Below are positions 44,471-56,100 of a stretch of 64,000 nt of DNA, one piece after another. The notes beneath the pieces were generated by a model. It saw only the letters and a list, made by a program, of their open reading frames with translations. It was not told the DNA's origin and searched no databases. Source of the stretch: Octopus vulgaris (lineage: Eukaryota); assembly GCA_951406725.2 (NCBI GenBank), contig OX597828.1, forward strand, positions 69,998,001 to 70,062,000, written 5' to 3'. Position numbers and translations under genes: made by a program. The number at the start of each line of letters is the position of its first letter. The first letter of the stretch is position 1.

Positions 44471-45469
44471 ACCTTAGCCATTAAACCACGCAACGTTATC
44501 ACACACACGCACAGACTTTTATCGGAGATGTTCAAAACTGTTCACAGAGATGATATTCATTCGTGGAGGGCTCTGCCGATACCAGTATCGTTTATTGTAG
44601 AGTTTGTTGTTGGAGTTTGAGTTTCCCCGAGGATTGAAAAATTACTCAAGATTGTGTCCGGTACAATGCAAGCCTTTCTGAAGTAGCTGCGACATAAGAT
44701 TCTGTTTCTCTCCAGAAGGCCTCGGTATTGCAACACCAAAGATGTTGAATTCCTTGGTGCTAGCAGAGCACACTTGCACTATTAAAACGGTCAAGTCCCT
44801 TCGCCTGAACTCTGATACTACTTGTGGACATTTCATGCTGTGTTGCAGTTTATCGTAATCTTCAGTTAGGAAGCTGTTGGAACATGAATGAAGAGCTGAG
44901 ATTAATTCCAGAGAAAGAGATCCGATATTACTGTGCAATTGTGAAGTTGTCATTTTGTCTTCATTGTGGAACCGTAGGCTGTGGAATATGGCACTGCTGG
45001 CATTGGTGTTCACTACAGATGCACCATGTATTACATTTACGGCTGCAGTTGTTGTTTTTTTGGGTGGGGGTAGATACTTTCGAAGTAATTTTCTCTTTTG
45101 GAGTCTCTCAACTGTGCAGTCCTTCTTAATTACAGCAGCATAGCTGAGGAGCAACGAGGGGGAGATTAGGGCGGTTCGCCCCGGGTGGCGCTTTATGGAG
45201 GTGACATTTTTGGATCTGTTGTGTAAGCCTACTTGTAAACTCAAGAGCTGTCACGGGTAACACAATCTCGGTTTAATGAAGAATTAAAACTCTCTTCTGT
45301 GTTTTTATTTGCAATATATTTTACAGGAAGAAAAAAAAAATAAATAAAAGTATAAAAAATCAAATTATCGAGGAAAAAACCCCATAACTACCTCACCAAG
45401 GAAACAAAGAAAAAATGGGGCTGGATTAAGCAGCAGAAGATAGCGGGATGGAGAGATTAAAGGGTTGTA

Positions 45470-46000
45470 CACCCCAGAACAAATGGCGGGTTTAGCCCCT
45501 CTGCAGCAGAGAATGGCCAGCGACACTCACTGCAGCACACACACACACACACACACCTCGTGCAGCTCATTTTTCGGATGGCCCACAATTATCTCGATTT
45601 GAGAGAAGAAATCGGCAGTGTGGGGTCCGAGAACACCTGAAGTCCCGACGGCGACAAGTACAAACTCTGCCTTGTGGGTGGCGATACCCGGGTTTGCGGC
45701 AAAGTTGGAGCCGGAGAACGTGTCGCAGCACGTCGTGCCCCAGATTAGGGATCTGCCTCCCTCGTACGAGAAGAGGGTATTTCCGTCGAGGTGTTTACCA
45801 TCCCAGCGGTCAAGACCCACTGACTCCACTTGTGACGGGCATGTTGTGCGGTAGCAAGGGTATGTTGTGTGCCAGGGAGGGCATGTTGTGTGGTGTTTAG
45901 TATAGTAGAGGTGATGATGGATGTAGTAGTAGTAGTAGTAGTAGTAGTAGCGGCTGCAGGATAATGAATGCATGTCAAATTCATCTTTTAATGAACTCAT
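45470..46000 (-). pseudogene. CRE-clade non-LTR retrotransposon 3' end (zinc-knuckle remnant plus RLE domain)
   Basis: DEFDMHSLSC...VESVGLDRWDGKHLDGNTLFSYEGGRSLIWGTTCCDT...FVLVAVGTSGVLGP...LQ*VSLAIL; homologous to 13490-13900. Confidence 0.8.
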
Positions 46001-46227
46001 CTCTGATCCTCTTGTAAAAAAAGAAAAGGCTGTCATCTTCAATGGCTGCCAAAGAGACGAGGAAATGAACCTTTACTTATTTCTTTGATATCCACGGACT
46101 AAAATAGTTCTTTCTCGGGCATGCCTTGACCTTTAATACCGAGAGAAGTTCTGACGGAATCTAAGGAAACTTACGTCGTTATTGCAGTCTGTGCATGTTA
46201 CTGAAAGCTTGCAAACACCAACTTGTT

Positions 46228-47625
46228 CTTGTATCTGACGTCATAACGTCTGCTTGTTTCGTAGCGCTTGTATCTGACGTCATAACGTCTGCTTGTTTCG
46301 TAGCTCTTGTATCTTGTATCTGACGTCATAACGTCTGCTTGTTTCGTAGCGCTTGTATCTGACGTCATAACGTCTGCTTGTTTCGTAGCGCTTGTATCTG
46401 ACGTCATAACGTCTGCTTGTTTCGTAGCTCTTGTATCTTGTATCTGACGTCATAACGTCTGCTTGTTTCGTAGCTCTTGTATCTTGTATCTGACGTCATA
46501 ACGTCTGCTTGTTTCGTAGCTCTTGTATCTTGTATCTGACGTCATAACGTCTGCTTGTTTCGTAGCTCTTGTATCTTGTATCTGACGTCATAACGTCTGC
46601 TTGTTTCATAGCTCTTGTATCTGACGTCATAACGTCTGCATGCTTCGTAGCTTTTGTATCTTGTATCTGACGTCATAACGTCTGCATGTTTCGTAGCTCT
46701 TGTATCTGAAGTCATAACGTCTACTTGTTTCGTAGCGCTTGTATCTTGTATCTGACGTCATAACGTCTGCATGTTTCGTAGCTCTTGTATCTGACGTCAT
46801 AACGTCTACTTGTTTCGTAGCGCTTGTATATTGCATCTGACGTCATAACGCCTGCATGTTTCGTAGCGCTTGTATCTTGTATCTGACGTCATAACGTCTG
46901 CTTGTTTCGTAGCGCTTGTATCATGTATCTGACGTCATAACGCCTGCATGTTTCGTAGCGCTTGTATCTTGTATCTGACGTCATAACGTCTGCATGTTTC
47001 GTAGCTCTTGTATCTGACGTCATAACGTCTACTTGTTTCGTAGCGCTTGTATCTTGTATCTGACGTCATAACGTCTGCATGTTTCGTAGCTCCTGTATCT
47101 GACGTCATAACGTCTACTTGTTTCGTAGCGCTTGTATCTTGCATCTGACGTTATAACGCCTGCATATTTCGTAGCGCTTGTATCTTGTATCTGACGTCAT
47201 AACGTCTGCTTGTTTCGTAGCGCTTGTATCTTGTATCTGACGTCATAACGCCTGCATGTTTCGTAGCGCTTGTATCTTGTATCTGACGTCATAACGTCTG
47301 CATGTTTCGTAGCTCTTGTATCTGACGTCATAACGTCTGCTTGTTTCGTAGCGCTTGTATCTTGTATCTGACGTCATAACGTCTGCTTGTTTCGTAGCTC
47401 TTGTATCTTGTATCTGACGTCATAACGTCTGCATATTTCGTAGCTCTTGTATCTGACGTCATAACGTCTACTTGTTTCGTAGCGCTTGTATCTTGTATCT
47501 GACGTCATAACGTCTGCTTGTTTCGTAGCGCTTGTATCTTGCATCTGACGTCATAACGTCTGCTTGTTTCGTAGCGCTTGTATCTTGTATCTGACGTCAT
47601 AACGCCTGCATGTTTCGTAGCTCTT
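46228..47625. repeat. Minisatellite of 32 units (39 or 46 bp), 30 with a perfect TGACGTCA
   Basis: Unit (ttgtatc)1-2-TGACGTCA-taacgtctgc(t/a)tgtttcgtagc(g/t)c, counted by eye; variants tgaagtca (~46707) and tgacgtta (~47146). Confidence 0.97.
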
Positions 47626-48155
47626 ATTACGGTATGTTGTTTGGGGATGTTTTTGCTGTCGTTGTATTTTCTTCACGAACAACGTCTTTAATTGTTACCC
47701 TTACCTCGGCGTCTGGTTTGCTTTTCATGCTTCCACCTGTTAATTGAGAAAATCTCCTACATGGACGCAGTGATGTTCTCACACAACTCGAGCAGTTGGA
47801 CGACTTTGTCGCACCCTTTTAACATCAAAGTCTAGGATGGACATATCAGCGGTTAGAAGCGGGGCGTTGAATGACAGGCAATTTAGATTTTCCATGTGTG
47901 GTCAGACCTGAAAACAATAATTCTTTATTAAAAGCAATTTGATTTGTACTCAACAATGGCAGCGGTGAATGTGAAAATAGGAAATAACTTCACTAAGGAG
48001 TGCCAATAATCATTGTATTAATAATATCACATGTTGTATGGAGGTTAACGGCGTATATGTAGAGAGTGGTGATGCAGAGAGGGAGGAAGTAAGCACGTGT
48101 TGTCGTGTGTGTAATAAGGACATAATACGTAGTTGTAGGGGCATGTGAAGACAAG

Positions 48156-48750
48156 TTGTGTGTTAGCAAGGGCATGTTGTGTGCTAGGGCGGGCATGTTG
48201 TGCGGTAGCAAGGGTATCTTGTGTGCTAGGGTGGGTATGTTGTGTGCTAGGGCGGGCATGTTGTGCGGTAGCAAGGGTATCGTTGTGTGCTAGGGAGGGC
48301 ATGTTATGTGCTAGGGCGGGCATGTTGTGTGCTATGGAGAGCATATTGTGCGGTAGCAAGGGCAGGCATGTGTGCTAGGGAGGGCATGTTGTGTGCTGGG
48401 GCGGGAATTTTGTGCGGTAGTAAGAGCATGTTGTGTGCTAGGGCGGGCATGTGTGCATGTTGTGAGCTGGGGCGGGCTTGTTGTGTGCTAGGGCGGGCAT
48501 GTTGTGCGATAGCAAGGGCATGTTGTGTGCTAGAGAGGGCATGTGCGGTAGCGAGGGAAGTTTGTGTGCTAGGGCAGGCATGTGTGTTAGGGTGGGTACG
48601 TTGTGTGCTAGGGAGGGCATGTTGTATGCTAGGGAGGGCATGTTGTGTGTTAGGGAGGGCGTGTTGTGCGGTAGCAAGGGCATGTTGTATGCTAGGGAGG
48701 GTGTGTTGTGCGGCAGCAAGGGCATTTTGTGCGCTAGGGAGGGCATTTGT
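48156..48750. repeat. G-rich 21-bp minisatellite (~28 diverged units, two unit types)
   Basis: gttgtgtgctaggg(c/a)gggcat interspersed with gttgtgcggtagcaagggcat; 7-aa periodicity (LAHNMPS). Confidence 0.9.
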
Positions 48751-49457
48751 GTGGTGTGTAGTATGGTAGAGGTGATGATGGGGGTAGTAGTAGTAGTGGT
48801 GATGGTGGTGGTGGTGGTAAGGGAAGTGATGGTGGTGGTGAAGTCGGTGGCGGTGGTTTTTCGGTATTAAAATGTTTATCTGTTGTTAGCAGCTTTGTGT
48901 ACCAGGGAGAGGAATTCGTATGTGCGTGAAGCGGGGGTGGGGGTGGACTCATGCTTCCGTCCCTCTCCTTCTGTCTCTTTAGTTATACATCTACTGTTTT
49001 CCCATCCTGGGTCTCCATAATTTCAGTCTGTGTGTGTGTGTGTGTGTGTGAGTGACGATTGGACTGGGGAGGGGAAGGGGAGTATATAGAACGGTGGGGA
49101 TGGGGGAAATTGAAATTCGTTTAATACTAAAAACGCATTGTTAATAGCATGTATTTGTTAATATACATATATGTATACGTACACACACACACACATATAT
49201 ATATACATACATACATACATACAGACATACATACATGTATGCATACGTACATGTATGTATATACATACATGCATTCATATATGTGTGTGTGTGTGGATAG
49301 AGAGAGAGATATCGATGCATACAGACACACATACATACATATACATACACACACATACATACACATGCATATATACATAAATATTCATGCATGCATGTGT
49401 ACATGCGCACATACATATATTTGTGTGTCTGTACACATATATGCATATGCAGACTCA

Positions 49458-49491
<34 letters not shown>

Positions 49492-50252
49492 AGTAATAAA
49501 TATCGAATTCAGTGAGGGCACGGCAACCTCCATCTTCTTTAAACAATAGTAAATATTCCTCAAATCGCATTTTCCTCTCTCATAAAAGAACAGGTTTAAA
49601 AACGTAATTCTGAAAAATATTATCGACGTGATCATGGCTGCTGCATCAGGGTTTGTTCCATGAGGATTAACCAAGTACTAGACAACGACACTAACAACAA
49701 CAGCAACAACGGGGATATATTTGCGCGCGAAGTCTATCAGAAAGCTCCATATATTTTCTGTAATGAGCGCCTGATATTTCATCGTACCCAGTTTCGTTCA
49801 TTTTATTCGATTTATTTTATATTACAGCTCTAGATTTAGTGTAATTTGATATTACATTGATTTTATCGAACATTCTGTCTGGCTTTATATCAAAGTATTG
49901 TCTACTAGAATTAGAAAGTATTTATTTATGTTATTATTTTTGATAAAACTGTATCCGTGTTTTGGTTTAAATGTTAAATTCGGATGGTCATGCATTCTTT
50001 CAATGTAAGGTTCTATAACCAAAGATACACGTTTTGAATTTGACAGTAGCATTATATAAACTCGCTGCTGGATTCATTACACCCGTATGTAATTGCATTT
50101 TCCTGTTGCTCGTAAGCTGTATCGTTTTATGTCCAGGTCAAAAATATGTGGATTTATCTTTATGTATGTAACCTACCAATTTTAAATTGTCATTTCGATG
50201 TGTTTGTGTGTGTGTTCGTATGTGTATATATATGTGTGTGTATATGTATATA

Positions 50253-50500
50253 GGGAGAATTCACGAAAAAAACAAAAAACGAAGACAGGTGGTGTAGAAC
50301 ACAAACAGATGTATTAGTATAACGCTCGGGAATTGAAAAAAATCTTTAACGTTTCGAGCCTACGCTCTTCCACAGAAAGGAGCACAGAAAGAAACAAGGG
50401 GAGTAGAGTCCAGAGTAATCCATAGGTCGGAGAGGTGCAACCGGAGTATAAAAAATCCAAAAGAGAATCCGTAAAGGGTAGAAAGGTAGAAAGTCCAGTG
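50253..50500 (-). mobile_element. Short TA-associated element with minimal hammerhead-like motif (copy 4)
   Basis: Motif 50343-50380, minus strand: ccttt-CTGTGGA-a-gagc-gtag-gctc-GAAAC-GTT-aaaga. Confidence 0.8.
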
Positions 50501-51059
50501 ATATATATATATATAACATAAATTTTGGTCCCACTCCGTTCTAACTACGGTTAAATAAAGATGGAATGTACTGGCGTTATTGCCAATGAAGAGGCTGCAA
50601 TATCAATCCTAAAACATTGTTTGCGGTAATGCGACGGTTGAAATAATTGCTTCTGTAAAAATAGTAGAAACGGCGTCGATCAATCTTTCCCTTTTTTATA
50701 ATCGATCATAGCATTATATAGACTCGCTGGACTTGCACATCTGTTTTATGTATCTGATAAATATATGTATTTAATGAACGCGATGACTGCAAAAGACTTT
50801 AGGTAGATTCCATAGTAGAGATTAGAAGGGAATTTCAACCGTGTTTCGTGGTCTACTACCACAACAGCTCCTTTATAGGATCCAGTTAGCTCAAGACATC
50901 ACCAAGAGGAACCACGTCCGGTTTCGGCCCCTACTCCTCTACCGTTTTGACGTGGCGGAGCCCCTCCTTTCGGAGGTGTCTTCAGCTCTGGTGTTGGGTG
51001 CATGTCTTCTTTCTTCTGTTCCCTGGCCTCTTCGATGTAGCGTCAACGAGTGTCAGCGG

Positions 51060-51170
51060 GCGACTGACTGCCTTGTCAAATTTTCCCCTTTAAATACCTG
51101 CTGCTAGGCTCCAGCAGGCATCCCCAGCATGTTGTCACGTGACACTGTCTCAACTTTAACTGACCAATGA
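51060..51170 (-). promoter_or_regulatory. Candidate Pol II core promoter (TATA plus Inr, E-box, CCAAT)
   Basis: Minus strand: TATTTAAA starting at 51096 and TCAGTC with A at 51065 (TATA at -31). Palindrome TGTCACGTGACA at 51133-51144; CCAAT at 51164-51168. Confidence 0.55.
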
Positions 51171-51528
51171 AGGCGCGTAGTCTTAGTCCATGCGTTCTCT
51201 AAACGGGACCGTCGCCTGTCAATTGGTCCTAATAGACATACATACACACATACACTTAAACTTGAAAACAGCGGATGCTGGGGATGCGGGAGCACCCCTT
51301 AAAATTGTTGATGGGGAAATGAAAGCGATTCGAACGTCCTCAGTTTGACCTGGGTTTGCACCCTTAAACAAATTTATGCACATGCATATACACATACATG
51401 CATACATGCGTTAGATTTATGGAATCTTTACACAGCTCCCTTAACAATGATCACACTTCTTCTTCTCTCCGTACCCTCTTCTTTTCCTTTTCTCTGTTCT
51501 CTTTCTATTTCTTCCCCATACCATATAT

Positions 51529-51603
<75 letters not shown>

Positions 51604-51904
51604 CGCTCCTTTTTATATTTAGTTATAATAAAAGCAGTTTCACAGTAATCCGATGGGCTTCTCTATACTTTGAGAATACATTTATACATACATACATACT
51701 GATAGGCAATACACCTTGAAACCATGGTCCGTGTGTGGTTTCCGCTTCATCGGGGAATTATCTCCCTTTGCAGGTTAAAGGACACCGTGATGGTGTCAAG
51801 CCTATCTGGCGACGTTGATGTTCGCCTGGGGCTAAATGCAACAGTAACACCCCCACCACCCTGCCCTGTCCCTAGCCATATTCAGATGGCTTTAGTCCCT
51901 TATG

Positions 51905-51952
<48 letters not shown>

Positions 51953-52149
51953 GCACACACACACGCATATATATGGCTACTTTCTTGTTGTCAGGTGTAA
52001 CCATCGCTTGAAGCATTTCAGAATGGGTCTTATGCGTGAATTGGAAGGGTGTGACTGTTCTGGCCGGCAATTGACCCATACTCTTTGGCACCGATGTTAC
52101 ATACGTGGTTTCTACCGACAACAACAACAACAACAAGACCCACTTGTTG

Positions 52150-53300
52150 GTCACCATGCCCTTTCTAGTGTCGTTTCAACCCCACCAACCCCTTAACTGA
52201 TAGGCAAACCTTGCCACATTCATGGCATTGTTGCTGTGCAACGTTATGGCGTAATCCAAGTCAACCCTCTGTACATGACTGTTTTTGTGAATTTGCTGCC
52301 CGGCTCTGCCGAAGCAGACTCTCCTACATTTATCGAATATCAATTCGCTCTGGTCAACCACTTTTCCTGGAAATATCTGTTTCTTTACTACCCACAAGGG
52401 GCTAAACATAGAGGGGACAAGCAAGTACAGACAAACGGATTAAGTCGAATACATCGACCCCAGTGCGTAACTGGTACTTAATTTATCGACCCCGAAAGGA
52501 TGAAAGGCAAAGTCGACCTCGGCGGAATTTGAACTCAGAACGTAATGACAGACGAAATACGGTTACGCATTTCGCCCGGCGTGCTAACGTTTCTGCCAGC
52601 TCGCAGCCTGATATTTCCTGGAAATATCACGTCCACACTCTTTCTACCACCCGTCTTCCACTTTTCGTGACTTCCGTCATATACTGCTTTCCTCCATCTT
52701 GCCTGACCAGTTGCAATTCCCAATCTTTTCCCGAGATGTTTTTATGCAATCTTTGAACCTCGGCTTAGCTTTATGAAGTCGTCGCTTTCCATGTCTCAGC
52801 TCACCATACAGTAGCTGCTTCGGAGTCATGCAGTCCTCACTAAATGATCACCCATCGGAGTCGATCTTGCAAAATGGTTGACTCAATACTTCGACTGTAT
52901 TTTCCAATGCAGGCTCAAAATACGATGTAGATATTGCTGGTGGAAGCGCTCCAGCTGTTTTAGATGCTCTCGGTGGGTTAGCCACGTCCCACAAGCGTAC
53001 AACAGGGGGGGGGGGGGTAACAGACATGTTATATAAACTTCACTTTAGTATCAGCAGACAAACCACTTTGAGACCAGAGGTACTTTTCTAACTTTCTGAA
53101 AGCATCACTGGCTTTGCCGATTCTTAACGAGATATCATTGTCAAGGCTGCATGGTACACTAAGGGTGTTGCCAAGATACACAAACTTGAAGCTTCTGACT
53201 ATACACTCGGATATCTAGTTCCCTACATGGCACTCCTGATGCAGGCTGATAGGAGACAACAGTATTTTACAATGATGTTTGCAATGGCTTTTAGTGAGTG
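52150..53300 (-). pseudogene. RTE-clade LINE 3' portion (RT C-terminus and terminal zinc finger)
   Basis: FVYLGNTLS..LDNDISLRIGKASDAFRKLEKYLWSQSGLSADTKV; LYACGTW; TPKQLLYGELRHGKR..KPRFKDCIK; QCHECGKVCLS. Confidence 0.88.
52378..52613 (-). mobile_element. SINE family A, young, inserted in the RTE fragment with perfect 15-bp TSD
   Basis: TSD tttcctggaaatatc at 52363-52377 and 52614-52628. Confidence 0.95.
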
Positions 53301-53506
53301 TCTATATGGTATGTGTGTCAGGTTTCGTACAGCTAAGAAACTTTTCCACATAAGGCGCTCAGCAAACACTCAAAAGTCATGTCCTCATTGCTAAGAAATT
53401 TTTTCCACGCAGATGTCTACGAGTTCTTTACTCGTATACAACAAGATACGCAACATATTATGGTCTTCACCAGTGCTTGCTCCTAAAGCTAGGCCTGGCG
53501 ATAAGA

Positions 53507-53557
<51 letters not shown>

Positions 53558-53612
53558 ACGGAGATGTACTTGTATAGCGAGTGACTTGATCTGAGATCGT
53601 GTGCTGGAACGA

Positions 53613-53824
53613 AAACAGTTGCAGCGTGGAAGGTGTTTATAAGCCATTTAAGAACCGTTAGATTCCACTTCAACATTTAAATTTAATTTGCCAAAATAAG
53701 TTTTGTCAGTGAACAAGTCGCGGTCTCAAAATGACGAAAATATTTTGACAAATTAAATTTAAATGTTGAAGTGGATCTAACGGTTCTTAATGGCTTATAA
53801 ACACCTTCCACGCAGCAATTGTTT
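53613..53824. repeat. Long inverted repeat (~85-bp arms, ~42-nt spacer) between TA tracts; probable inverted PLE-type terminal repeat
   Basis: 53613-53698 is the reverse complement of 53741-53824 with only a few mismatches and indels. Confidence 0.92.
53702..53752 (+). ncRNA. Minimal type I hammerhead-like fold with G3-C8 swapped core
   Basis: tttgtca-GTGAACA-a-gtcg-(11 nt)-tgac-GAAA-atat-T-T-tgacaaa; perfect 7-bp stem I. Confidence 0.6.
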
Positions 53825-54269
53825 ATATATGTATATATACCATCATTATCATCATGAAACTACATTGTGTACAATTGACATAACATAGAAATAAACAACA
53901 AAACGCCATCAACAAGTACAAAGGAGTAAAAATACATTTTCTTAATCGCGTATGTCGTCTGCTCATTCCCTTTCCTCACGTGATCCATTTTATCTCCCTC
54001 AGTCAATATCAGTGTTTCATCATATCTGTCAATCGCGTTGCCAACGTCTGTCATTTTTTTTAGCCATTTTATCTTTCGTCCGCTTTCCATGTCTGTCTGT
54101 TTGTCTGTCGCTCTCTCTCTCTCTCTCCCTCTATTATAGTTCTTTTACCCTTTCTCTCTCTCTTTATCCCCGCTTCTTTTTCTATTTCTATCTTTGTACA
54201 TAGACACATAACTCTTTTACTCTTTTACTTGTTTCAGTCATCTGACTGTGACCATGCTGGAGCACCGCC

Positions 54270-54301
<32 letters not shown>

Positions 54302-54430
54302 CATACATACATACTGCATGCATGCACACACACACACGCACACACACACACACAAGTGCACACGTACACACATGTATAGATATAGGTATATATATTGTAT
54401 GTGTATGTATGCATACATATGTGTGTATAC

Positions 54431-54463
<33 letters not shown>

Positions 54464-54877
54464 TGTATGTATGTATGCGTGTGTGTATGTATGTATGTAT
54501 GTATGTGTGTGTGTGTTTATGTATGTCTGTTCGTCTCCCTTCTCTTTCCTCGTCCCTCCCACACAACCCGACCAGAAGAGTTCTTATTTTACAGCAGATT
54601 ACACAGTTGCTGTGTTTCATAAAACCCCACCACCATCACCACCATCACCACCATCACCACCACCACCACCACCACCACCACCACCACCACCACCACCACC
54701 ACCACCACCACTACCACCACCGCCGCCGTCGCCGCCGCCACAGACTATAATGAGTTAACAATGTTCCTCCGAATGCAACAAACATCACGACTTATTTGGA
54801 TTTATTTGGCTGCGCTGTGGTGGAGGGAGAGAAGCGGACGGTTTCGTTTCTTAACGATAATGTCTGCCGATGGACAA

Positions 54878-55480
54878 GGCGGCAATGCTGGCAGAATGGT
54901 TAGCACGCCGGGCGAAATGCGTAGCCGTATTTCGTCTGCTGCTACGTTCTGAGTTCAAATCCCACCGAGGTCGACTTTGCCTTTCATCTTTTCGGGGTTA
55001 ATTAAATAAGTACCAGTTACTCACTGGGGTCGATATAATCGACTTAATCCCTTTGTCTGTCCTTGTTTGTCCTGTCTGTGTTTAGCAACTTTTGGGTAGT
55101 AAAGAAATAGGTATTTCGTCTGCCGCTACGTTCTGAGTTCAATTTCCGCCGAGGTCGACTTTGCCTTTCATCCTTTCGAGGTCGATAAATTAAGTACCAG
55201 TTACGCACCGGGATCGATGTAATCGACTTAATCCCTTTGTCTGTCCTTGTTTGTTCCTTCTGTGTTTAGCCCCTTGTGGGCAATAAAGAAATAAGAAACG
55301 TTAGCACGCCGAGTGAAATGCTTAGAGGTATTTCGTCTGTCTATACGTTCTGAGTTCAAATTCCGCCGACGTCGACTTTGCCTTTCATCCTTTCGGGGTC
55401 GATTAAATAAGTACCAGTTACGCATTGGGGTCGATCTAATCGACTGGTCCCTTCCCCCAAAATTTCGGGCCTTGTACGTA
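54878..55480 (+). mobile_element. Head-to-tail trimer of family A SINE units
   Basis: Units at ~54878-55109, 55110-55292 and 55293-55480; the last carries the older tail type. Confidence 0.9.
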
Positions 55481-55619
55481 GAGTAGAAAAAACAAAAAGA
55501 AAAAAGAAGTGTCTGTAGATGGAAAAGAATTACGTGGAGGCCTATATAAATGTGTGTGTGTGTGTGTGTGTGCATACACATATATACACACATATATATA
55601 ACTTGTGTTTTTTATTTTT

Positions 55620-56100
55620 ATTTGACTTCTTTCAGTCATTAGACTGCAGCCATGCTGGGGCACCGCCTTGAATAATTTTTAGTCAAATGAATCGACCGCG
55701 GTACTTTTATTTCAATCGCTTCTCTTTTGCTGTACTGCTAAATTACGAGGACATAAACACACCAACACCGAACACAAAGACATCCCCCATCCACACACAC
55801 ACTCATAGTAAATTCAATCGACTAATGCTTTGTAGAAGAATCTTATACACGGAAACTGTGGGAAGCCTGTTTCGTGTGTGCATGCATATGGTCTTTGTGC
55901 TCGTGTTTGTGGCCCAACACCTCTTGACAACCAGTGCTGGTTTGTTTACGTCCCCAGAACGTGCAGTTCGGCAAAGCGAACCTAAACCGATAGAAAAGAA
56001 CACTACTGAGGGTGAATTTGTTTCCCAAACCTTTTCAGGTCGGTGCTCCCGCATGGCCGCAGTCCAAGTAACAACAAAAACCTAAAAACAAAAACAGATA
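55620..56100. mobile_element. Divergent pair of family B SINE 3' halves (- 55620-55775; + 55850-56100)
   Basis: cagtcattagactgcagccatgctgggg versus gcatggccgcagtcc. Confidence 0.75.

Noticed and set aside
44642-45244. 200-aa non-repetitive minus-strand ORF
   Set aside because: No ATG start, no recognisable motif, and it begins in a hAT-like end; cannot be supported as a gene.
46228-47625. CRISPR-like appearance of the regular array
   Set aside because: No unique spacers, no cas genes and a eukaryotic context; it is a head-to-tail minisatellite.
46228-47625. Tandem hammerhead (retrozyme) reading of the array, given GAAAC on the minus strand
   Set aside because: No CUGANGA-type core or stem I/II on the same strand as the GAAAC.
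47705-47740. Minus-strand 32-nt micro-exon (aacag|GTGG...CGAG|gtaagg)
   Set aside because: The splice signals are plausible, but the segment is better explained as retrotransposon remnant and has no partner exons.
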